Below, one piece after another: positions 1 through 8,954 of a stretch of 64,000 bases of DNA; within the stretch, counting starts at the first letter, position 1; each line of letters starts with the position of its first letter. Under the pieces are notes generated by a model. That model ran no database searches, was not told where the DNA came from, and saw nothing but the letters and a program-made list of their open reading frames with translations. The position numbers and the translations under genes are program-made. The stretch is from Patescibacteria group bacterium (lineage in GTDB: Bacteria; Patescibacteriota; Microgenomatia; UBA8517). The stretch lies in NCBI GenBank assembly GCA_035291665.1, contig DATDRP010000003.1:84549-148548 (forward strand), given 5' to 3'.

Positions 1-123
1 CCTTAATTCCTGTATTCCTAATATCCTACCCCCTACAATCTACTGCCTATTTCTTATATCTTTTCCCTCATATTTGTAGCCAAATTCGTTTTAATTCGTA
101 GCTAATTAGTAGCTACTTGTAGT

Positions 124-1161
124 TTAAAGTTTGCTGAATTTCCTATTGAGTAGTAGGCCAAAAATAGCCAGGGGTATCGTTATCAAAACCAACGAATATG
201 AGCTGTCAAAAATTCCCGTTGCCGGAAGCGCCGAAACCGTTGCTGTTGGGAAAACGGTTGGTCCCGCTCCGCCTCCTATATCACGAAGTTCGCCTCCAAC
301 CGTGACTTTCTTTTTGCAGGCATCTGCCGTAAGAAGACTTCCCTTGCTGTCCTTGACTGTGAGAATTGCTGTATAGGTTCCGGGTGTTTTGTACTCATAA
401 CTTATAAAATATTCTTCAGTTGTTATCACAGAATTAGATACTGTTCGGTCACCTGTATCGATTCTGTATTCCTGAATGGTTCCGTAAGGATCGTATCCGG
501 CAGCGGTAAAATCCACAGTCAAAGGTGCTTCCCCGCTTACAGGATTTACGATCAATTCCTCACAGCTGGATTTGTATAAACTTGCATATAACGAAGGCGT
601 TGGTGATCCGCCCGTTGTTCCTGTTGGACGGGTTGATGTTCCGGTTGGACCGGTTGAACCCGTCGACGCCGAGGAGAGTTTGATCCATTCAGCCTTAATT
701 GCCGCACTCTGAATACTCTCAAAATATTCAAGTACAACCAAATGCGTACCCGGAGTAATTCTACGGATAGCTTTGAACGTGGCATAATGCTGGCCTTTCC
801 AAGAATCGATTATCTTGTTTCCGTCAATGTAAAGCCTTACTCCATCATCCGAGCGGACTGTAAATTGATAATCCGCATCTTCAAAAATAAAATTACCCTG
901 CCATCTGATGGAAAAATTGTCAGCATAAATTGCAGGGTCAGGCGATCCCCATCCCCATCCAAAACTTATCTCTGGAGTCTCCCTAGTAAATGCTAGGGTC
1001 TCAAAATTCCTTCCGTTATAGTAACTACCCAAAAATTTACCGGTTGGAATTGCTTGAGCCTGAACAGATGTAACTCCGGCTAATAGTTGTATAAATAATA
1101 TTGAAGTTGACAGTAAACTCAGAACTTTTTTCATATTTAAGTTTAACAAACTAACAAACAT
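124..1161 (-). CDS. Secreted cell-surface protein: signal peptide, PA14 domain, PKD-like domain, Pro/Thr/Gly linker, C-terminal LPATG + hydrophobic helix + basic tail (sortase-type anchor)
   Basis: PA14 hallmark stretch YYNGRNFETLAFT...IRWQGNFIFEDADYQFTVRSDDGVRLYIDGNKIIDSW; PKD-like LTVDFTAAGYDP...TYTAILTVKD; C-terminal LPATG-IFDSSYSLVLITIPLAIFGLLL-NRKFSKL; N-terminal hydrophobic signal. Confidence 0.6.
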   Translation of the reverse strand: MFVSLLNLNMKKVLSLLSTSILFIQLLAGVTSVQAQAIPTGKFLGSYYNGRNFETLAFTRETPEISFGWGWGSPDPAIYADNFSIRWQGNFIFEDADYQFTVRSDDGVRLYIDGNKIIDSWKGQHYATFKAIRRITPGTHLVVLEYFESIQSAAIKAEWIKLSSASTGSTGPTGTSTRPTGTTGGSPTPSLYASLYKSSCEELIVNPVSGEAPLTVDFTAAGYDPYGTIQEYRIDTGDRTVSNSVITTEEYFISYEYKTPGTYTAILTVKDSKGSLLTADACKKKVTVGGELRDIGGGAGPTVFPTATVSALPATGIFDSSYSLVLITIPLAIFGLLLNRKFSKL

Positions 1162-1183
1162 TTAAATTCTTATATCCTCCCGC

Positions 1184-1222
1184 ACTTCTACTCTTCTACT
1201 CTTCTACTCTTCTACTCTTCTA
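1184..1222. repeat. Tandem octamer microsatellite (CTTCTACT)x4.5 just upstream of the PA14 protein start
   Basis: Direct reading: cttctactcttctactcttctactcttctactct. Confidence 0.85.
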
Positions 1223-1810
1223 CTCTATTTTAGTATACAAAAAAATCGACCCATTTGTCTTGCTTCCTCAAGGAACAGGTAGAGCGCCTGCCCAACACTC
1301 CACCTGTCCCCTCAAGAAACAAGGCTATTTTGAGTCGATTTAGCTTCTCAAAACGGACTTGATTTTTTAAAAAAAAGTTTTACGCTTTTTATTAAGCGCT
1401 TACAAAAATTAGCGCTTACCTTTAACTTATCTTGCGACAAGCCTGTCCTGCAAGATAATTAAGAAACTTAAAGAGCATTGCTACTCGTGTTTATTCCCCT
1501 TACCCGGGAACATCGATGGTGATGCTCTTTATTTGTTGCTGGCCTCTCTTTAATACAAACAGCCAGCAATCCTCCGGCAATCGCACCTCGAGGCATATTC
1601 GAATAGAATCCAAAGCCGAGTGGTAAGATGCGGAGGATTCACCTCCATGTCATTTTTAAAGTTCTTACACTTGATATTTTACTATGTAGGGAGGTAATGT
1701 CAAATCCCATAATGTATTATTAATTAATTTGTCGCTTTCCTATAGTTTTCGAGTATTGATAAACCGCCTTAATCTTCGCCTATTCTATGGAGAAAAATAT
1801 AAATGTGGAT

Positions 1811-1881
1811 AACTCGTGAATAACTTCACTCGTTAAGACTTGAGGTAAAAGCTGTGTCAAAACTCGTGAATAACTTCACTC
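1811..1881. promoter_or_regulatory. Two perfect 21-bp direct repeats (AACTCGTGAATAACTTCACTC) 50 bp apart, each containing the palindrome GTGAA-N4-TTCAC; candidate paired operator sites upstream of the 1943 HTH gene
   Basis: Copies at 1811-1831 and 1861-1881 are identical; internal dyad symmetry. Confidence 0.45.
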
Positions 1882-1942
1882 CTTTCTCATGTCAGTGCGA
1901 TTTGAGAGAAAATGATAACCTCCGACTTATAAAATTCAACAA

Positions 1943-2179
1943 TTGGAAAGAGTCTTTAAAAAAACTTCCGGCAGGTCAAATATAGAAAAGGCTGCCGTTG
2001 GAAATATTAGTGTCGCTGATTTTTTATCCCGGTTATCAGCAGAAGAATTTGATGTTTTGTGGGATCTGACGGGAGAATATACGGTCAAACAAATTGCTCA
2101 AAGAAACGGTCTTACACAAAGCCAGGTGAATACGCTCAGGTTTTCCCTCGGAGTAAAAGCACGTGCATACCTTTCCTGA
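1943..2179 (+). CDS. Small HTH protein, sigma-70 region-4-like C-terminus (putative transcription regulator)
   Basis: C-terminal KQIAQRNGLTQSQVNTLRFSLGVKAR resembles a region-4 HTH; 78 aa. Confidence 0.3.
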   Translation: MERVFKKTSGRSNIEKAAVGNISVADFLSRLSAEEFDVLWDLTGEYTVKQIAQRNGLTQSQVNTLRFSLGVKARAYLS

Positions 2180-2262
2180 ATTTTCCTGAAATATCCTAAA
2201 CCTAAAATTCTTGGGTGTTTAGCTAATTGCATGATAAAATTATGGGAAAGGGGGTGAGAAGT

Positions 2263-2568
2263 ATGGTAAGACAGAAAGATAACTGGGAAGCAGAATTGGA
2301 TGAAAGACGTAAACAGGAAAGATTGACACAAATCCGTGATGAAGTTGAAAGAGAGTACGGATATCCTCTTACTCAATCTTTTGTAAATTATGTATATGGT
2401 GATCAGACCCCTTCGGCAGATCTTGATTCACGAAGAGAAAATTTTGTATGCAACGTAGAAACTCTTATGTCGAGTCTTAATAGTGCAGATCGCAAAAAGG
2501 GAATTAAAGCATTATTGGAAGCAACAGAGTTGATTTCGAAAAGAATTTTTGAAGAACAACACTGGTGA
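2263..2568 (+). CDS. Hypothetical protein; start chosen at the Met preceded by GGGGGTGA
   Basis: ORF track 2227..2568; purine-rich RBS before ATG at 2263. Confidence 0.35.
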   Translation: MVRQKDNWEAELDERRKQERLTQIRDEVEREYGYPLTQSFVNYVYGDQTPSADLDSRRENFVCNVETLMSSLNSADRKKGIKALLEATELISKRIFEEQHW

Positions 2569-2639
2569 GTCAGATATAATATAATTACCTGCTAACTGCG
2601 AAGGGCTAAAAGTAAGAATTGATTTTGTGATTAATCGCA

Positions 2640-4076
2640 TCAATTCAACAACCTCTGGAGTTTATATAGATCTTTTATTGTTTTTTCCGAAAATATATTT
2701 TTATAACCCAGCCGCTTCGCCTCCTTCTCCCTTTTCTCCTCAAAAGATACAGTTTTTACATCTCCCAACAAACTTACTTCTCCGAAAAAAATACTATGCT
2801 CGCCAAAAGTTTTATTATAGTTCGAAGAAAGAATCGATGCACATACTGCAAGATCGATTGACGGATCGTTTTTGGCTGTAATACCACCGGCGATATTAAC
2901 ATAAACATCCGATTCATAAAGACGAACTCCAAGTCTTTTGCTAAGAACAGCAAGAAGAAGCTCAAGTTTTTTTGAGTCAATTCCTTGCGCAACACGTCTT
3001 GGTATTGCCATCTTTGTGGGAACAACAAGAGACTGTATTTCTATAAAAATCGGACGGGTTCCGTTAACAATTGCACTTATTACTTTCCCCGGAACTGATT
3101 TTTTGACATCGCTTAAGAATATCTTTTCAGGATCGCTCAATCCGATTAAGCCTTTGTCCTCCATGACAAAAATCCCCACTTCGTCTGTAGCTCCGAAGCG
3201 GTTTTTGACTGCCCGGACCATACGAACGGATAACGTTTTGTCGCCCTCAAACCAAAGAACAGTATCAACCAGATGCATTAAAACTGAAGGGCCTGCAACA
3301 CTACCTTGCTTAGTAACATGGCCAACTATGAAGATCGGAATTCCGGTGGACTTGGCAAACTTAATAAGTCGATACGCACATTCCCTCACCTGTCCTACCG
3401 ATCCCGCCATTCCCGACAGATCTGATGTTTGCATTGTCTGGATCGAGTCAATAATTATCCCTTGCAATTGCAAGGACTGTCCTTTTACGTTGTATATCGT
3501 TTCAATTATTTCATCTATATCTGTATCTTCAAGAAGCTGAATATTGTCGTTTTTTACACCCAATCTACTTGCTCTTATAGCAATTTGGCTAACCGATTCC
3601 TCACCGCTGACATAGATGACGGCAGATTGCTTGCTATCTACAGCAGATAGCTTTCTTTCACTTTCTGAGTTTCCTATTAATGCAGTCTTTTTGCTTTGGG
3701 CCATCTGCAATTTTGCAGCAGACTGTGGACTATTTGCTGTAAGCTGGTTTGCAACTTGCAGTAATAGCGTTGATTTTCCAATGCCGGGTTCTCCGGCAAT
3801 AAGTATTACTTGTCCGTTGACAATTCCCCCACCCAATACCCTATCCAGTTCAGGAATTTCAGTTAATATCCTTTCCGTTGACTTTTTCGGTACATCGGAA
3901 AGGCTTGTTAATTCTGCAATTCTCTCACTACTACCTTTTCTCTTTGCACTTTTCTCTGTTGAAACTATTGTTTCAACAGCACTATTCCACTCCCCGCATT
4001 CCGGACACTTCCCAAACCAACGATAGGATTCGTAAGAACATTGTTGACAGACATATATTGAACTTGATTTGGCCAT
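2640..4076 (-). CDS. radA: DNA repair protein RadA/Sms (zinc ribbon + RecA-like ATPase + Lon-like C-domain); extra ~35-aa insert after Walker A
   Basis: CQQCSYESYRWFGKCPECGEWNS zinc finger; GEPGIGKST Walker A; KNRFG motif; Lon-like C-terminus. Confidence 0.9.
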   Translation of the reverse strand: MAKSSSIYVCQQCSYESYRWFGKCPECGEWNSAVETIVSTEKSAKRKGSSERIAELTSLSDVPKKSTERILTEIPELDRVLGGGIVNGQVILIAGEPGIGKSTLLLQVANQLTANSPQSAAKLQMAQSKKTALIGNSESERKLSAVDSKQSAVIYVSGEESVSQIAIRASRLGVKNDNIQLLEDTDIDEIIETIYNVKGQSLQLQGIIIDSIQTMQTSDLSGMAGSVGQVRECAYRLIKFAKSTGIPIFIVGHVTKQGSVAGPSVLMHLVDTVLWFEGDKTLSVRMVRAVKNRFGATDEVGIFVMEDKGLIGLSDPEKIFLSDVKKSVPGKVISAIVNGTRPIFIEIQSLVVPTKMAIPRRVAQGIDSKKLELLLAVLSKRLGVRLYESDVYVNIAGGITAKNDPSIDLAVCASILSSNYNKTFGEHSIFFGEVSLLGDVKTVSFEEKREKEAKRLGYKNIFSEKTIKDLYKLQRLLN

Positions 4077-4092
4077 GTTTTATTAGAAAGAC

Positions 4093-4227
4093 TAGTGCAG
4101 TCCCGCACTTTCGCCCCTTCGACGCAAACACGCAATATTTGGGAGAAGGTAAGAATAGTGCTGGAACCAGCGCGGGCTCTCATATGAGCACTGCTGGCAT
4201 ATAAACTTTGAACTTGATCTGGCCATG
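4093..4227 (-). other. Upstream mimic ORF: divergent, synonymously recoded copy of radA codons 1-21 (MARSSSKFICQQCSYESPRWF) that reads through element A and stops 17 nt before the genuine radA ATG
   Basis: Reverse-complement translation from ATG (4224-4226) gives MARSSSKFICQQCSYESPRWFQHYSYLLPNIACLRRRGESAGLH*; radA itself begins MAKSSSIYVCQQCSYESYRWF; first 19 nt after the ATG are identical, then codons differ synonymously (CAA CAA TGT TCT TAC GAA vs CAG CAG TGC TCA TAT GAG). Confidence 0.6.
4098..4170. ncRNA. Copy A of a conserved ~75-nt structured element (core CCCCTTCGACGCAAACACGYARTATTTGGGAGAAGGYAAGAAYAGTGC), 22 nt upstream of the radA ATG; strand of action undetermined
   Basis: Near-identical cores at 4098-4170, 18847-18917 and 61652-61722; enclosing stems; compensatory change CCTTC/GAAGG (A,B) vs CCATC/GATGG (C). 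Confidence 0.55.
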
Positions 4228-4448
4228 TTTAATTATTCTTACGATTCGAATTATATCTAAAAAATAATAAATTAATAATAGTCATAACATTTGTTATGAC
4301 ATCTGATTAGTAATGTTAGTAATGATATTTTCCGTTTCCACCTTAGTTTGAATCGGAGGTTTTCTGATAAAGCGGATGAATCGGGGTGCCTGTACAATGC
4401 ACGTGCATCGCACAGACACCCAAATATAGTAAGTGTGGATCGTATTTT

Positions 4449-4895
4449 TTACTTTTTGGTGGAAACTGATTTGAAGATATTTTGTTGTCTACGCTCCTGC
4501 ATCAACTTTTCCAAATTGGGATTAATATCCACAAAGACTACTCCTCCTTTATTCCCTGGCGCCTGCGATTTATCATGAAGCGCTTTCATTTGTTCAATTA
4601 TTTGACCGCCCAGAAATGAAATCTGAGACATATCAAAAACATAAAATTGCAGGTTTCCCGATCTCATCATTCTTTCCAACCATTTCTTAGCAAGCTCAAC
4701 ATTGTTTGCTATCCCGTGTCTGCCGACATTTTCCATCAATTGAAATTGCTTAACCGGATCAACAAATACAACACCGGTTGTTTCCCCCGGTTTTCGTCCC
4801 AGATATTCCAACACCATCCCGCGGTATTCAACATTATCCGATCTTGTGAATTTTTCCAGCTCCATGTTTAATTGTAATACTCCAAGTCTAGTCAA
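4449..4895 (-). CDS. Hypothetical protein, possible STAS-like (anti-sigma-factor-antagonist-like) C-terminal domain
   Basis: C-terminal YVFDMSQISFLGGQIIEQMKAL...GGVVFVDINPNLEKLM resembles the STAS pattern. Confidence 0.3.
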   Translation of the reverse strand: MTRLGVLQLNMELEKFTRSDNVEYRGMVLEYLGRKPGETTGVVFVDPVKQFQLMENVGRHGIANNVELAKKWLERMMRSGNLQFYVFDMSQISFLGGQIIEQMKALHDKSQAPGNKGGVVFVDINPNLEKLMQERRQQNIFKSVSTKK

Positions 4896-4982
4896 TTTTA
4901 AGTTCCGGGTCGCATGGAAGGCTTTGCAAAACCTTCTTCCAACTATTTATTAATTTTAAAACATCTCTTTCAGCCATAAGAT

Positions 4983-5372
4983 TTAATGATTATTAAATGC
5001 TTCCTCCAGTGGACACCGTGGGAGTTTTGTATTTCCATCTGAATTTCTCGCAACTACCGATGCTGTAATCGATCCGGCCGCGAAATTAAAAATGAATCTG
5101 GGTCCGCTACACTCTTTCCCAAAATAAGGACAATTCAGTTTTTGACAACCTTCGTTCTTTAACATTTCCTCTTTTCCGGAAGAGGATATTACTATATCGC
5201 CAAATTGAAAAAATATTGTAGATGAAAGAAATCTATTAACCGTCACGTTTAAATCGACGGGGCTTGATATTGAAGTCACTTTTGTTAAACCCTTATCCAT
5301 AAGCCCCTGAATAATTTGGGTGCTTTGTTCTTTACCTATGCTCATTGTATTTGTATTATATTCCGTTCCCAC
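4983..5372 (-). CDS. Hypothetical Cys-containing small protein
   Basis: ORF only; CQKLNCPYFGKEC motif. Confidence 0.3.
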   Translation of the reverse strand: MGTEYNTNTMSIGKEQSTQIIQGLMDKGLTKVTSISSPVDLNVTVNRFLSSTIFFQFGDIVISSSGKEEMLKNEGCQKLNCPYFGKECSGPRFIFNFAAGSITASVVARNSDGNTKLPRCPLEEAFNNH

Positions 5373-5515
5373 CCTCAGTCAACATTATGAGACGCGATAA
5401 AATTAACTATAGTCAACTGTCTAAAATACTATATGCATTCAATTTAGTAATGTATAAAATTCTCAAAATAAAAAAAACCCAAGGTTAAACCTATTTGAGG
5501 TGAATTTATCGGATA

Positions 5516-5902
5516 CTAAAAATCAACATCGGGTTCACAGGGAACCATTGAAGCCAGTGCTTTCCAAAAAGTGGTTGATAGTCTTGATTTTGACTTTATC
5601 TGGGCACTTGGAAATATTCTTAAAGATACGTCTCCTCCTTCATATTTTATTTCTCCGGGATCACGCATTTGCGTACAATTAACTTCAGGATTATTCTTCA
5701 AAACACATGACGCACAAATGTCTCTTCTGAAATCTCTGGCCAATATGAAGTTGAATACATTCCGGCCATTAATTCCAGATAATACTATTTCGACACTATC
5801 CCTTTCAGGATCAGTTTGTTCAAGTCTGAAAGGATATGCGCTGCAAATTTTGATGTTTCTGATTTGATGGATTTTCTTAAACCTACCTAATCGTTCTGAC
5901 AT
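5516..5902 (-). CDS. Hypothetical protein with Cys cluster (CASCVLKNNPEVNC)
   Basis: ORF only. Confidence 0.3.
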   Translation of the reverse strand: MSERLGRFKKIHQIRNIKICSAYPFRLEQTDPERDSVEIVLSGINGRNVFNFILARDFRRDICASCVLKNNPEVNCTQMRDPGEIKYEGGDVSLRIFPSAQIKSKSRLSTTFWKALASMVPCEPDVDF

Positions 5903-5958
5903 GGTACCCTATTCTATGGCCAAATCTTTAAAAGTCAAGAAATTGTGAGGAGAATTCT

Positions 5959-6252
5959 CTATTCTTTCACTACATGGATTACCATCGTATCCCCGGCGTG
6001 CGTATCGCCATTCTCGTCAACTCTACCCATAGCATTAATTTTCTTGATACCGAACTTCCCAACCGGTCTTTCGAATGTTCCAATACCAACGGAACGTACC
6101 GCCCCATTTGACTGAATTCTGGCGAGTCTAAGACTTGTGAGTAGGTTGAAATCATCATTAGTTGTTTCCACCCCAAGATTATCAACAAAGGAAGTGATAT
6201 TGCCTTTGGGCCAAAGTTTGTTGTTTAATTTGAACTGTTCTTCTACTGACAT
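5959..6252 (-). CDS. Hypothetical small protein (weak HU/AbrB-like resemblance, not assignable)
   Basis: VGIGTFE resembles the HU GFGxFE motif but the DNA-binding arm is not conserved. Confidence 0.3.
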   Translation of the reverse strand: MSVEEQFKLNNKLWPKGNITSFVDNLGVETTNDDFNLLTSLRLARIQSNGAVRSVGIGTFERPVGKFGIKKINAMGRVDENGDTHAGDTMVIHVVKE

Positions 6253-6304
6253 ATAAAAAAATCTATTATTAGTTAGAATTAGTGAAGAAAGTATTCTCGG
6301 GTAA

Positions 6305-7417
6305 TTATTTATATCCCACCGGCTTAGCGGTAAGTACCATACCTAAGGACATTTTCTTATTTTCCGCATCAATATCTTCTACGATTATATTAACCTTATC
6401 ACCTTCTGACAAACTCGTTCCCGGAGGAATCTTCGTGATGTGAATAAGGCCTTCAATACCCTCTTCCAACTTAATAAACATGCCAAAATCCGTCCTGCGG
6501 ACGACTGTCCCCTGGTGTTTGGAATCTTTTACATATTTCGCTCCGGCTTTTTTCCATGGGTCATCTTTTGCCTGTTTCATCGAAAGAGATAGTTTTCCGT
6601 CACTTACTCCCAGCACCTTGACCTTAATCACATCTCCTTCGAATACAATATCCCTGACGCTTTGGACTTTGCTCCATGATAACTCCGATATGTGAACCAA
6701 ACCTTCAACTTTGACTTTTTGCTTTGCATCGATATCGACTTCGACTTCAACAAAGCATCCGAAATTTGCGATTTGCATTACCCGTCCGTCATAAACATCT
6801 CCATCTTTGATCATTTCGAGTGCCTTTCTGATTAGTTTAATATCTTCCGCGTCCGATACCTCTTTCTCGGAAAAAACTATTTTGTTGTCCGATCTGTCCA
6901 AATCTATAACCAATACTTTAAGCGGTCTTCCGACCAGTGAACCCGGATTTTTGATTGAAGACTTGCCAATTTGAGTTGTTGGAATAAATCCATGCACTCC
7001 TTCAAAATCCACATTTAAACCTGCTCCTGAAGCTGATTTGGGTAAAACAAACAACGGTTTTCGATTTTTGAAAGCATCTTTCAAAACCAGCCACACAGAA
7101 TCCTGCATAGCCTGGCGAAGCGAAAGAATAGTTAATCCATCAGGTGTTTCTCCAACAATAATAGTCGCCTCAACCGTATCTCCAACTTTGAGGTTTTTGA
7201 TGTAGTCGCGTGCTTCCTGGAATGCCTTTTCGGCAACAATTCCTTCCCCTTTTCCTCCAATATCCAAAACCAGTCTTTTATTTTCTTTGACAATTACGGT
7301 ACCGGTCACCTTCTCACCACGAATAAGAGTCCGCTTTTTATTTCCATACATTGCAAGAACTTCCTCCATTGAGGATGGGGCTTTTTTAGATTTTGTTGAA
7401 GTTTTCGGTTCGTCCAC
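6305..7417 (-). CDS. rpsA: 30S ribosomal protein S1 (short form, ~4 S1 domains)
   Basis: Repeated S1-domain signatures (GxV, FGxFV, GLxHISE...). Confidence 0.85.
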   Translation of the reverse strand: MDEPKTSTKSKKAPSSMEEVLAMYGNKKRTLIRGEKVTGTVIVKENKRLVLDIGGKGEGIVAEKAFQEARDYIKNLKVGDTVEATIIVGETPDGLTILSLRQAMQDSVWLVLKDAFKNRKPLFVLPKSASGAGLNVDFEGVHGFIPTTQIGKSSIKNPGSLVGRPLKVLVIDLDRSDNKIVFSEKEVSDAEDIKLIRKALEMIKDGDVYDGRVMQIANFGCFVEVEVDIDAKQKVKVEGLVHISELSWSKVQSVRDIVFEGDVIKVKVLGVSDGKLSLSMKQAKDDPWKKAGAKYVKDSKHQGTVVRRTDFGMFIKLEEGIEGLIHITKIPPGTSLSEGDKVNIIVEDIDAENKKMSLGMVLTAKPVGYK

Positions 7418-7479
7418 TCACAACAACCACCTTTCTGTATTTAACGGTCAAATTATATCCTATATATGGAGTGAAAACA

Positions 7480-7750
7480 AGACAGGATAAGTACTGGTAT
7501 AAGTTTAAGTCTATGAAATCGGTTGTAGGAAATGGGAAATGAGTTGTGAGTGGTGGGAACTGGAAAATGGAGATAAGTAAGTAGGTTGTAGGGGGTAGGA
7601 TGTTAGGAATAAAGGAATTAAGTAATTTAGTAAATTAGAGAAAAGTAGTAAGTTGTAAGAGGTAAGTTGTAGGTTGTAGGAGGTAGAAAATGGGAAATGA
7701 GTAATGGGAAGTGGGATGTGAGTAGTGAGTGATGGGTAATTAGTCTAAAG
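7480..7750. repeat. C-depleted (plus strand) / G-depleted (minus strand) low-complexity tract with GTAGGTTGTAGG-type motifs, upstream of rpsA on its coding strand
   Basis: ~270 nt almost devoid of C; motif GTTGTAGGTTGTAGGAGGTAG recurs. Confidence 0.8.
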
Positions 7751-7900
7751 TTTTTAGTCTTGAGTATTGAGTTTTAAGTTGAAGGCGTTGCCCTGACGGC
7801 TTGACCGCCATGCTTAGGCAAAACGTTTGCAGGAGGGTGACGTATTTTCAAGACATTTATATCGCAATCTCATCCGACGCGCACGCACACTGTTATCCGC

Positions 7901-8245
7901 TTAAGTTGAGTAGAAAAATAAATTTATAACAATCAATAATATTGAGAGAACCAAGGTTAATTTGGCCAAAAGGTTTAATATAAATAAACTGTTATTGACC
8001 CCTTTAAATTTACTCGCAGATACTGTAACAAAGTAAAAAATAAATCCAAGACCCAGTCTCCCGGGATCATATTTCCCAGACCTTAAAATAGGCCAATTTG
8101 ATGAATCCAGATTCTTATTCAATTGTTTAAATATTTGGGGAGATTTTGAATTTATTATTAACACTGAAAATAGAAGTGAAAAAATAAATACTGAAAATGA
8201 AAGAAGTATTACTGTTACCAACATCTCTGGAATGATAACGTTCAT
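7901..8245 (-). CDS. Hypothetical small polytopic membrane protein
   Basis: Hydrophobic segments; ORF. Confidence 0.35.
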   Translation of the reverse strand: MNVIIPEMLVTVILLSFSVFIFSLLFSVLIINSKSPQIFKQLNKNLDSSNWPILRSGKYDPGRLGLGFIFYFVTVSASKFKGVNNSLFILNLLAKLTLVLSILLIVINLFFYST

Positions 8246-8302
8246 CCTTTATAATCTTAACATAAGATTAATCACGGAATGAAGAATTCATTTAAAAATA
8301 TT

Positions 8303-8422
8303 GTCCTGGCGATGACGTATTTTCGCATACAGTTACCCGCATACTATCGTCTGCGCTACCCCGTTTCACAACTCTGTTCGGAATGGGAAGAAGTGGTACC
8401 AGGGCGCTCTGATCACCAGGAC
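8303..8422 (-). rRNA. rrf: 5S rRNA
   Basis: Reverse complement reads GUCCUGGUGAUCAGAGCGCCCUGGUACCACUUCUUCCCAUUCCGAACAGAGUUGUGAAAC...; CCGAAC..GUGAAAC loop C signature; terminal helix GUCCUGG/CCAGGAC. Confidence 0.75.
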
Positions 8423-8530
8423 AATATCTTCAAAATTGATAATTGTCCATTCAAACCATTTTAAATGTTAAATTGCAACTTTTTATTGCTCTTTATAAAT
8501 TCAAGGAGAAAGGACGACTCTCGTGCTTAG

Positions 8531-8669
8531 CGCGAGAATTTCTAATTTACAATTTAAAATTTCTATTGAATTTCAAATGACTTAATGTACTTAATTAAAA
8601 AATTGGGTCAATGAAAATTGAATAAAAGTTAAAAACTACATAACTAAAAATTCTTGTGCTATGCACAAG
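8531..8669. repeat. AT-rich ~140-nt repeat family, copy 1 (3' trailer of 23S); begins GCGCGAGAAT, ends in hairpin CTTGTGC-N3-GCACAAG
   Basis: Near-identical copies at 8531-8669, 11201-11340, 12953-13090; a related AT-rich insert sits in the 16S (27885-28010). Confidence 0.8.
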
Positions 8670-8790
8670 AGAAAAATGTCTTATTGACTGATTCGGTTAA
8701 GGTTAGCTTAACTCCTTACGGAGCTTCCACATCCTTCCGAACAACCTGGTATTCTTCCAGGAGTCTATAATGAACCCTAATCTTGGAGGG

Positions 8791-8823
<33 letters not shown>

Positions 8824-8954
8824 CTTAGGAATATAGCTACCCGGCTTTGCGGCTGACGCCACAACCGGCACACCAGAGATTCCTCCAGCCTGGTCCTCTC
8901 GTACTGAGGCCAGCTCTCCTCAAGGTTCTACGATTCCACCGGATAGAGTCCGAC

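Noticed and set aside
4098-4170. Hammerhead/twister-type self-cleaving ribozyme assignment for the 75-nt element
   Set aside because: No CUGAUGA...GAAA hammerhead core or other recognisable small-ribozyme signature on either strand by eye. Left as unclassified structured element.
3965-4183. ORF-track protein 3965..4183 (and 18823..19098) as real genes
   Set aside because: Both are read-throughs of the repeated structured element (shared SQILxVCVEGAKVRDC segment is encoded by the conserved core). 3965..4183 also overlaps radA out of frame. The meaningful upstream frame at radA is the radA-mimic frame described in the findings.
5959-6252. HU/IHF or AbrB assignment for the 97-aa protein
   Set aside because: Only a GxGxFE fragment matches. 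The beta-arm RNPxTGE motif and overall order do not.
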